Shown in pieces: positions 8,779-16,111 of a DNA stretch of 32,000 bases. The stretch is from Candidatus Saccharimonadota bacterium (GTDB lineage: Bacteria; Patescibacteriota; Saccharimonadia; Saccharimonadales; UBA4665): NCBI GenBank assembly GCA_016699955.1, contig CP064993.1:1-32000 (forward strand). The letters are read 5' to 3'. Every line of letters begins with the position of its first letter. Position 1 is the first letter of the stretch. Position numbers and translations under genes: made by a program. The notes under the pieces are model-generated. The model ran no database searches. It saw only the letters and a program-made list of their open reading frames with translations, and was not told the DNA's origin.

Positions 8779-9335
8779 AGTATAACACCTCTAATATTTC
8801 CGTTATTGTTTACCCAAAATGCCAGACTCTTTCTGTCGATCAACGCGCACTCATTCCCGGCAGCAAGCTTCTGTGCGGTCGTGCTGTAGGTGCTGTTGGT
8901 TACTACCATCGCACGATCGCAGCCATACAATTTCAATCCAGTTACGACTTGGCGTACTGCGCTAGCTTTAACTAGTCCCGAGTAATGCTTGACTTGCACA
9001 CCCCAGCGTAAGCCATCCTTCTCTGCGATGATATCCACCCCCATGTCATATTTTTCCGTAAGCGAAACATTACGATAGCCGTTATTTCTCATGAGTATTG
9101 CGACATATTGCTCAAATTCAAAACTATTCATACTGTCTATACTCCTGAGCCCCATGATTCGTCGATATGCAAAATACCTCCAGCCTATTCGCAATACAAG
9201 AGCGCAGCCTAATAACGCCAACGCAATAAACGCGATGTGTTCGAGTACCGCCCGGTGTGTCCATGCAGCAGCACCGACAAGGACGACGATGACAAAAGTT
9301 ACATCAGTACCTTGAGTCCGTGTGTGCCGTGACAT
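8775..9335 (-). CDS. membrane-anchored Mrr-type restriction endonuclease domain protein
   Basis: Two N-terminal TM helices, then FEFEQYVAILM..GVDIIAEKDG..WGVQVKHYSG..AVRQV (Mrr_cat D-x-QxK pattern). GAGGAGG lies 9 nt upstream of the ATG at 9335, so the listed ORF start at 9389 is probably too long. Confidence 0.8.
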   Translation of the reverse strand: MSRHTRTQGTDVTFVIVVLVGAAAWTHRAVLEHIAFIALALLGCALVLRIGWRYFAYRRIMGLRSIDSMNSFEFEQYVAILMRNNGYRNVSLTEKYDMGVDIIAEKDGLRWGVQVKHYSGLVKASAVRQVVTGLKLYGCDRAMVVTNSTYSTTAQKLAAGNECALIDRKSLAFWVNNNGNIRGVIL

Positions 9336-9493
9336 ATCAAACATCCTCCTCAGGAATAAGTCTTGGAAGCCTGCATCAAATCGCTCCAATTCTTGCCAAA
9401 AGGTGTTCCAGTTTTCCCCGAGAGGTCACCAGTATTTTAACAGATGAGATTTTAAACAATTCCGCTAGCCATATGGGAGTACATGGAACACTA

Positions 9494-9522
9494 TTGACAT
9501 AATTATATACTTTTGATATCAT
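9494..9522 (+). promoter_or_regulatory. sigma70-like promoter TTGACA-17-TATCAT for the TA operon
   Basis: TTGACA at 9494-9499 and TATCAT at 9517-9522. The ATG at 9529 lies only 6 nt downstream, which suggests a leaderless transcript. Confidence 0.5.
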
Positions 9523-9528
9523 CGTACT

Positions 9529-9816
9529 ATGAGTAATACAACACTTCATATACCGATGGATAAGACCGTCCGAGATGTTTTGGAGACCAAGGCTAAACGG
9601 CTCGGCTTTGATTCTGCGCAGGCATATATTCGCGTATGGGCAAAGGCTGAGGCAGAGGACAGAAGCATCGACTATGGTATCGATGATTGGGGAAGGCCGA
9701 GTCCTACGGCCGCTAAAAGACTGAATAAAACAACGAGTGAGGCTCTGCGTGGGAAGAATATCTCCAAACCTTTTTTGACTGCACAGGATGCTCTTGATCA
9801 TCTCGAGTCCCTATGA
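9529..9816 (+). CDS. type II antitoxin (RelB/DinJ/RHH-like)
   Basis: 95 aa, 4-nt overlap with the downstream RelE-like toxin, and an N-terminal beta-strand/helix pattern (TLHIPMDKTVRDVLETKAKRLG). Confidence 0.7.
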   Translation: MSNTTLHIPMDKTVRDVLETKAKRLGFDSAQAYIRVWAKAEAEDRSIDYGIDDWGRPSPTAAKRLNKTTSEALRGKNISKPFLTAQDALDHLESL

Positions 9817-10079
9817 GGCCAGTAATTTTTCATCGTAATTTTGAAAAACACTATAAACAGCGTATAAAGCCACAGCAAAAACTGTCCGAGCAGTTCAGAG
9901 AACGCTACAAGCTCTTTCTTGCAGGTGAACGAGGCAAACCGCTCGATGACCACGCACTTAGCGGAAGCCTTCAGGGAAGACGTGCCTTTTCTATCACCGG
10001 CGATGTCAGAGTAATTTATATTGAACAGGCAGATAAAATCATTTTTCTTGATATCGGAACTCACAGTCAGGTTTATTGA
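9813..10079 (+). CDS. type II toxin, RelE/YafQ-family mRNA interferase
   Basis: HALSGSLQGRRAFSITGDVRVIYIEQADKIIFLDIGTHSQVY matches the RelE/YafQ C-terminal signature. Confidence 0.85.
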   Translation: MRPVIFHRNFEKHYKQRIKPQQKLSEQFRERYKLFLAGERGKPLDDHALSGSLQGRRAFSITGDVRVIYIEQADKIIFLDIGTHSQVY

Positions 10080-10202
10080 GAAGCATATCGGGTTATAGTC
10101 CGTCTTAAACACGGTCAGCTTTCCAAGCCAACGTTAAGTTGTTTAAGTTTTTCATCTAAAGCAAGTAAGTCATCGTAGATAAGTTTCCATCCCTGGTCAA
10201 CC

Positions 10203-10259
10203 GAGAACAACCAATAAAATTGCCTCAGCATCGCTGGGGCTATTTTATTGGTTGTTCTC
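10203..10259. repeat. long perfect hairpin (18 bp outer + 8 bp inner stem, 3-nt loop)
   Basis: gagaacaaccaataaaat (10203-10220) is the exact reverse complement of attttattggttgttctc (10242-10259). The inner stem is gcctcagc/gctggggc with one G-U pair. Confidence 0.85.
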
Positions 10260-10383
10260 AGGAGCCGGACTTCGATTGCGAACGAGCGAACGCGAGTGGC
10301 AATGGGGTTCTCTAATCCCCGTCCGCCAACGGGCGGACTAATGGGCGGATTATACCTTAGTATTCTCCGTGAGGCCACCGGAC
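10220..10383 (+). repeat. 164-bp direct repeat, copy A
   Basis: Aligns by eye to 14186-14349 with 3 substitutions and 2 single-nt indels. Contains the GC hairpin gtccgcc-aacg-ggcggac (10321-10338). Confidence 0.9.
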
Positions 10384-11574
10384 TTGTCTGGGCGGCTGTT
10401 TACCGGCTCTTGCAAGCGTTGCCAGAGTTTGGCACTTTGGGCCCTTGCTGTATGGTTCGCTGGGATACAGTCGGAGATCATGGTAGAGCTTGGCAATGTG
10501 TTCGTACCACTGCACAACATAGGACCGCTGTGCTGACGGTAGGTTAGCATTGTAGCGCAGATCTTGTCGTGCGGTACAGATGCACTCAGCAGAGCTGCTG
10601 TTGACCAGGTAACGCTGGGTTCGGTAGACACTGTAGCGATCAGTGACTCGGATACCCGCGAAGGGTTGGTCGGTGTCTTGCCAAACAATGCTTTGGCATG
10701 CGGCGCGCCACGGCTGGCGGTGAGAGTGTAACAAACCTTCGGGCTATTTGGCATCCGCTAGTATCAGGCGTAGCCACCAGCTGCTTGCTAAATGGCCATG
10801 GAGTTTCATCTGCATGGCCAGTGGGGGCTGCTCGTATGTCTGCAGTGGGCTGGGCGTAAGCCGGTAACCACGTCTGGTGTTTATGCTGGCGTATGGCGGC
10901 GATCTCACCGCCGGATACCACCAAGCTGTAGAGTGAAAGATGCAGCTGTACCACCCGTACGTAACTCATACCCACCACACTAACAAGGTGTACTACCAAC
11001 AAACGGACATTGGGGCCAAGCGTGACCGCTTGTCCGCCTAAATCTTGACCACTGGTAGCTTTGCCACACGCGAGGCAGACGCCTCGCTCAATGGTGTACT
11101 TGGTAGCCAGTTTTGCGTAGTAGTCAGGCCTTAACGCGGGTAGCGGTATATCTTCAACGAAGCGCTCATGCACGGTGATATTTACTGGGTTAAAACTACC
11201 GCCACAAGTACAGGTGGTAGGCAGTGGTACGGCCACCTCCGAAGTTATACTCTGGACCGGTGGTACAGGCCGACGGTAAGAGCTAGCCGTACGTGGCTGT
11301 TTGGCGGGGCGGTCAGACACCTTGGAGTCAATAGGCGTACCGCACGTTGGCGGACGTCGTTTTCTGCCGAATACCCTGGTCTGAAGCTCCGCGATCTGGA
11401 TGGCCTGATTCTTGTTCTGCTCAAGTGCTTGGTTGAGTAATTGGCGGAGCTCTTTGTTCTCAGCTTTCAATTCTGCGATCAGTTTGCGATCATGCGCATG
11501 CAGCTTCCGGAGGTTCCGGAGTTATACCATGCGTGCTGCAACTTCCTTGTCACTAAGTTTTTTACCGTAGGGCA
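10384..11574 (-). pseudogene. IS66-family transposase (TnpC-like), frameshifted and 3'-truncated
   Basis: Four consecutive pieces: (1) MPYGKKLSDKEVAARMV; (2) after a shift, LRKLHAHDRKLIAELKAENKELRQ (leucine zipper), a CxCG zinc-finger region and HADETPW; (3) after another shift near 10735, FAGIRVTDRYSVY; (4) a CWAH-like motif. The frame then runs into repeat copy A, and the C-terminal ~100+ aa are missing. Confidence 0.75.
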
Positions 11575-11656
11575 TCTTTTTGTTTTATATGTCCTAAGCT
11601 AAAGCCTAGCCCGAACGCCGTGATGAGGCAAGGGGTAGTGAGCGGTTACGAAGACG

Positions 11657-12711
11657 TATTAACCTCCCATACATCTTGCACACTTTCATCACCTCACTAA
11701 AGTAGAAAGGAGTGAAAGTGAGATACCGCAAGATGACAGAGAAACAATTGCTCGTGTATGGAGCACGGATTCGTTTAGGGTGGTTTCGTAAAGCCGAAGA
11801 ACTCGGGAATGTTGCGGCAGCCTGCCGGTTCTACGGCATTCCTCGACGAACATATTACTACTGGCATAGTCGCTGGGTGAGTCAGGGCAAAGCCCTGACG
11901 AGCCTGTACGATATGCCTCGTACGCCAAAGAGCCACACTAATGACGCCGATGACGAGGTAGTGAGTCTCGTCGTGCAGCTTCGCCTTGGTCTTGGTTACG
12001 GCGAAAATGCTCTTGCGCATGTCCTCAGGCGGGATTACGGCGTCGCCACATCTGTGCACGGTGTCCACAACATCCTGAGCCGAGCAAAGTTACTAGAAGA
12101 GCGCAAAAAGAAGGTACGCAAAACCCGCCAGCTCAGTGACCGTGAGTATTACCCGGGCGAAGTCGGACAGATGGATGTCAAACATTGGAAGCGCAAAGGC
12201 TACCAGTATGACATCGTCGACTGTGCTACGAGGATAAAATACAAACGGATCTATCCTGGATGCGACCCTGCGACAACGGTAGATTTTCTTGAGCATGCGG
12301 TCAGGTTCTTTGACCCAGCTTTCAGGTTCAAAGGGATTCAGACCGACAATGGCACAGAGTTCACCTACGACCATTTGCCGCAAGTGAGACCGGAAACAGA
12401 GTGCCCGACTGTCCGGTGGCTCAGAGAACATGGGATTGAGCACCTCCGCATCCCGCCGTCATCGCCACATCTCAACGGTCGAGTCGAGCGACCGCACGGA
12501 GTAGACAAGGATAGATACAAACGGCTAACAACGAATTCGCACACACTTGTCGAATTAAGAGAGTTTTGTAACGAAGATTGTCTCGACTACAACTTTTACC
12601 GACCGCATAGTATGCTAGACATGATGACACCGATTGAATACCTGCAAAGCTTGAAGGGTTACGAGCAGGCGACGGTGGATACTAGTGTGCTAGATGTTCG
12701 GTAGGTGGACC
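11657..12711 (+). mobile_element. IS481-family insertion sequence (~1055 bp) with imperfect terminal IRs and a 15-bp target-site duplication
   Basis: gcggttacgaagacg occurs at 11642-11656 and 12712-12726. With those boundaries the ends align without gaps (19/28, core ACATCTnGCACACT). Confidence 0.7.
11712..12704 (+). CDS. IS481-family DDE transposase (rve integrase core)
   Basis: N-terminal HTH (CRFYGIPRRTYYYW). DDE landmarks are MDVKHW, IQTDNGTEF and NGRVERPHG. The start could instead be GTG 11718 or ATG 11733. Confidence 0.85.
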   Translation: MKVRYRKMTEKQLLVYGARIRLGWFRKAEELGNVAAACRFYGIPRRTYYYWHSRWVSQGKALTSLYDMPRTPKSHTNDADDEVVSLVVQLRLGLGYGENALAHVLRRDYGVATSVHGVHNILSRAKLLEERKKKVRKTRQLSDREYYPGEVGQMDVKHWKRKGYQYDIVDCATRIKYKRIYPGCDPATTVDFLEHAVRFFDPAFRFKGIQTDNGTEFTYDHLPQVRPETECPTVRWLREHGIEHLRIPPSSPHLNGRVERPHGVDKDRYKRLTTNSHTLVELREFCNEDCLDYNFYRPHSMLDMMTPIEYLQSLKGYEQATVDTSVLDVR

Positions 12712-12749
12712 GCGGTTACGAAGACGGCTATTGACTATAACGTACGAAT

Positions 12750-14072
12750 GTGCTACAATACTCACTTATGATAGACCCCAACCACGAAGCTTTATCGAGT
12801 CCACAACCATGGGGCGGTACTACTGACCCTGCAGTACACGACCCGAGTAATTTCCGATATCTTGTACATGCCGTCAACCCATCCGCTCGATTGAACGCTC
12901 TGATTATAGCTTCGTATGATACGACGGCCGGCGTCACGTATGACCCTAGCTGGGGTGACCAGAAGATTAGTATGTACGACCAGCCTGAGCGTGCTGCCGA
13001 CAGAGTTTCCCTTAGTACCTCGCTCATAGACACAGAACATACCGGTACTTGGGGTGAAGCTGGACTCATACTAGAAGCTCCTGAACCTAACGTTATACTG
13101 ACTTCAGACACTGACGTCGGAGCACGCAATAACAACCTTGATGCTTTACTCAAGCAAGCTGATAATCACGGCGTTATGGATGCTGACAGTCTTTTGGCAC
13201 AAACGTACCCTTCGAGCTATAACGAGGTAGTAGTTGTTGCAAAACGTGACGAACAGCCGGTCAACGTTAAGGGTTTTTTCTACAAGGTTACACAGTCTGG
13301 GAAGCCTTACAACCCACAGCTGGCACTGCGTATGCAGTCACATGCTGAACGTCTCGGGTTACCGGTTGTGCCAATAGTAGAAAAAGGTTTGTATGCAGAC
13401 GATAAGGTCGAAGAGTGGGATGGTAAAATTGCTGTACACCACGGTGGGAACCGGGTACTTCTTACGGGTTTTGAACCACAATCGCAATTTCGTGTATATG
13501 ACGAACGACAGAGGGCTCGGTTCGCTACACCGGAAGATATTGACGGAGCACTGAGCTTCGCTACACAGACAGGTAAGCTCGAGTTAACGGAAGCACAATT
13601 AATAGCCGAAGCTTACCGAACCGCCGACAAGAAACGTCAGACGCCTGCTGTAGAGTTCGACGAGGACGGTACGGTTAAAGGTATTGCATACATTACCGGA
13701 TACGGCGATGCTGAGACAAAAGTTTCACTCGGCAAGAGGGGTCACAGCTACCGCACCAACTTAAAGCGACAATCTGAAAAAATTCAGGAAGTACTGTTAA
13801 GCATGGGAGGTCCAGGGATGATAGGTTTTGACAGTGATAATGATTACCAGCCGATATCTCCGTTTGAAGCCAGCAGCATGGTAGAGCAGGCGTGTGCAGG
13901 ACTTGACGATGAACATGCCGACCAAGTACGTCAATGGTACCAGAAGCATCGTGGCGTTACTGAACAGCAGTGGCAGCATCACCAATCATCTAGAAAGTTG
14001 CTAGGCTCATACGGTATGCAGGACTCCGATTACAATTTCGACAAGGAATATCCACGAGCTCGACAACACTAA
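12750..14072 (+). CDS. hypothetical protein (about 434-440 aa), no recognisable motif
   Basis: Long uninterrupted ORF in the GC-richer segment, starting 40-60 nt from the IS end (alternative ATG at 12768). No signal peptide or TM helix is evident. Confidence 0.6.
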   Translation: MLQYSLMIDPNHEALSSPQPWGGTTDPAVHDPSNFRYLVHAVNPSARLNALIIASYDTTAGVTYDPSWGDQKISMYDQPERAADRVSLSTSLIDTEHTGTWGEAGLILEAPEPNVILTSDTDVGARNNNLDALLKQADNHGVMDADSLLAQTYPSSYNEVVVVAKRDEQPVNVKGFFYKVTQSGKPYNPQLALRMQSHAERLGLPVVPIVEKGLYADDKVEEWDGKIAVHHGGNRVLLTGFEPQSQFRVYDERQRARFATPEDIDGALSFATQTGKLELTEAQLIAEAYRTADKKRQTPAVEFDEDGTVKGIAYITGYGDAETKVSLGKRGHSYRTNLKRQSEKIQEVLLSMGGPGMIGFDSDNDYQPISPFEASSMVEQACAGLDDEHADQVRQWYQKHRGVTEQQWQHHQSSRKLLGSYGMQDSDYNFDKEYPRARQH

Positions 14073-14179
14073 CGACACCTTCCGGACCTTCGATATAAGA
14101 ATAAGCGGCGATGGTACCTAGAAAGCGGGTTTATACGGGGGTATAGACTAAATTCATATACTGCCAGGCTGTTTATTTA

Positions 14180-14309
14180 AAAAACTTGCCTCAGCATCGC
14201 TGGGGCTATTTTATTGGTTGTTCTCAGGAGCCGGACTTCGATTGCGAACGAGCGAACGCGAGTGGCAATGGGGTTCGCTAATCCCCCGTCCGCCAACGGG
14301 CCGACTAAT
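14180..14309 (-). ncRNA. candidate ~130-nt small RNA encoded within repeat copy B
   Basis: On the minus strand: GTGACC-18-TATAAT (14345-14316), then a structured region, then the hairpin GCCCCAGC-GAU-GCUGAGGC followed by AAGUUUUUU. No family is recognised. Confidence 0.25.
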
Positions 14310-14349
14310 GGGCGGATTATACCTTAGTATTCTCCGTGAGGTCACCGAC
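14186..14349 (+). repeat. 164-bp direct repeat, copy B
   Basis: See copy A. This copy lacks the outer 18-bp inverted arm and instead has an A6 run (14179-14184) next to the 8-bp hairpin. Confidence 0.9.
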
Positions 14350-14401
14350 ATGAGACTCATCAAACTTAGATGGGTCTTTTTTGTTTGTTATGATAGTTGT
14401 A

Positions 14402-15805
14402 ATGGACAATAAAAAACATATTCAATCAGTCGAACTGGTAGCAGATAAGGTGAAGAGTTTTTACGAAAATAAAAAACCATTTCGTATATTTCATGGATCG
14501 ACAAATTCGACGAGAACTTTAACATTTAAAAGAGATGAGCTGCTAGATGTTAGCATGCTGAACTGTAATATATCTATTGATACCAAAGCCCAGACGGCCA
14601 TTGTTGAACCGAATGTGCCCATGGATAAGTTACTAGCGGCAACGCTGTATCTAGGACTACTGCCTCCGGTTATAACAGAATTTCCCGGTATAACTGTTGG
14701 TGGTGGTATTCAAGGGGGTGCAGGAGAGAGCAGCTCCTTTAAGAGAGGCTTCTTCAGTCAAAATATTAATTGGTGCGAAATGATTCTTGCGGATGGAACG
14801 GTCATAAAATCTTCTTCGGAAGAGAATAGCGATCTTTTTTATGGTTCAGCTGGATCGATGGGAACTCTGGGTGTCATTACAGCAGTAGAGATACGGTTAG
14901 TGCCGGCGAAGAAATACGTGCAGCTCACATATATACCTGTAAATAGTTTTGAATCTGCAAATCAGACAATGCTAGAGCAGTCGAACCAAGATATAGATTT
15001 TTTGGATGGTATAATGTTCGGCTCTGATTCGGGATTAATAATAATTGGCCAGCTTACTGATGGAGTGTACGGAAAGGTTCAACGTTTTAGTCGCGCCCAT
15101 GATCAATGGTTTTATTTGCATGCTGAAGTGATCAATAGCCAGGGAAAAGAATACTCGGAGACGGTGCCCTTAACTGACTACCTATTTCGTTATGACAGAG
15201 GAGCATTTTGGGTAGGTCGATTCGCATTTGAACGATTTAAAGTACCCTACAATCGGTTTACGAGATATTTGCTTAATCCAATCTTGCATACACGAAAACT
15301 TTATCAAGCATTACAAGAAAGTGGAGCATCACAAGAACACATCGTACAAGATTTATCATTGCCATACGATCAAGCTGTTCCATTTCTTCGCTATATACAT
15401 GATGAATTGAATATATACCCACTATGGCTTTGCCCCATAAAGCCTGCGCCCAAGTCACCATTTCTTTGTAACTCGCTGCCGACAAATTTAGTAATTAATG
15501 TCGGAGTATGGGGACCACGAACACCTAATTACGACCAGTTCGTGAGTGCAAATAGGTCAATAGAGCTGAAATTAGCTGAGCTACAAGGAAAAAAATGGCT
15601 TTACGCCCATACCTACTATAATGAGGCTGAATTTTGGAACATATATGACAAAAACTGGTACGACAAGTTGCGGACGAAATACCGGGCAACGACATTACCC
15701 GACATTTATACTAAAACAAAAGTACGTGAGCGGGTAGAAGTCGACGCGAAACGTGGCTTATTCAAAACTATATTCGGCAGAGCTAAACTGCGAATTGTAG
15801 ACTAA
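14402..15805 (+). CDS. FAD-binding oxidoreductase, DHCR24/DIMINUTO/DWF1-like (delta24-sterol-reductase family)
   Basis: VEPNVPM..ITVGGGIQGGAGESSSFKRGFF..ILADGTV..ENSDLFYGSAGSMGTLGVITAVEIRLVPAKKYVQL, IVQDLSLP..IYPLWLCPI and a C-terminal ..YNEAEFWNIYDKNWYDKLRTKY all parallel the human DHCR24 sequence as I recall it. No N-terminal TM anchor. Alternative starts at 14381 and 14390. Confidence 0.85.
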   Translation: MDNKKHIQSVELVADKVKSFYENKKPFRIFHGSTNSTRTLTFKRDELLDVSMLNCNISIDTKAQTAIVEPNVPMDKLLAATLYLGLLPPVITEFPGITVGGGIQGGAGESSSFKRGFFSQNINWCEMILADGTVIKSSSEENSDLFYGSAGSMGTLGVITAVEIRLVPAKKYVQLTYIPVNSFESANQTMLEQSNQDIDFLDGIMFGSDSGLIIIGQLTDGVYGKVQRFSRAHDQWFYLHAEVINSQGKEYSETVPLTDYLFRYDRGAFWVGRFAFERFKVPYNRFTRYLLNPILHTRKLYQALQESGASQEHIVQDLSLPYDQAVPFLRYIHDELNIYPLWLCPIKPAPKSPFLCNSLPTNLVINVGVWGPRTPNYDQFVSANRSIELKLAELQGKKWLYAHTYYNEAEFWNIYDKNWYDKLRTKYRATTLPDIYTKTKVRERVEVDAKRGLFKTIFGRAKLRIVD

Positions 15806-15825
15806 CCACACGCCGGCACAGTCAA

Positions 15826-16020
15826 CTAACATGGAACAAACGTAAACCGTAAGAAAGTTAACGGGTCATGGAATAGCTCTGGTTGGTTTGTTCTAGCCAT
15901 CCATTCACGGCAGAGATCTTCTAGCTGATGGGTCAGGATCCTTTGCCCATAGAGTTTTCGCATGTGGGGCTTAGCAACACTCCAGATGCGCTCGGCACTG
16001 TTAGTGTTGGCATAAGCTAG
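15826..16020 (-). pseudogene. C-terminal remnant of a DDE transposase (IS1595-like?)
   Basis: Minus-strand frame reads LAYANTNSAERIWSVAKPHMRKLYGQRILTHQLEDLCREWMARTNQ, resembling the hTNtiEgfWs.lKr...G.yh..s.khL..Yl.Ef.fR.N tail. It has no start and is bounded by a stop. Confidence 0.35.
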
Positions 16021-16111
16021 TCATGAGTTTTCTGACAGTTTGGTGACAAACCAGTTGCATCCACCGTGTTTTTGAGAGGATTACTGTCAGATAATCTGTT
16101 AAAATCATGGC

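Noticed and set aside
10290-10340. A tRNA/tmRNA-like 3' end inside the repeat (ggggttctctaatcccc gtccgcca), which would make the repeats att sites in an RNA gene
   Set aside because: The T-arm-like element has a 4-bp stem and a 9-nt loop. I could not build D or anticodon arms or a matching 5' acceptor strand upstream. The gtccgcc pairs instead with the downstream ggcggac as a simple hairpin. No tyrosine integrase is adjacent.
10115-10547. ORFs running through the repeats (10115..10378 minus, 10248..10547 plus, 14218..14412 plus) as small proteins
   Set aside because: One-nt indels between the two repeat copies put the shared sequence in different frames, so no peptide is conserved. The products are low-complexity.
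10220-14349. The pair of ~160-bp repeats as the template/variable repeats of a diversity-generating retroelement
   Set aside because: There is no reverse transcriptase nearby. The differences between copies are not adenine-specific (T/G, G/C, C/T plus indels). Neither copy lies in the 3' end of a coding gene.
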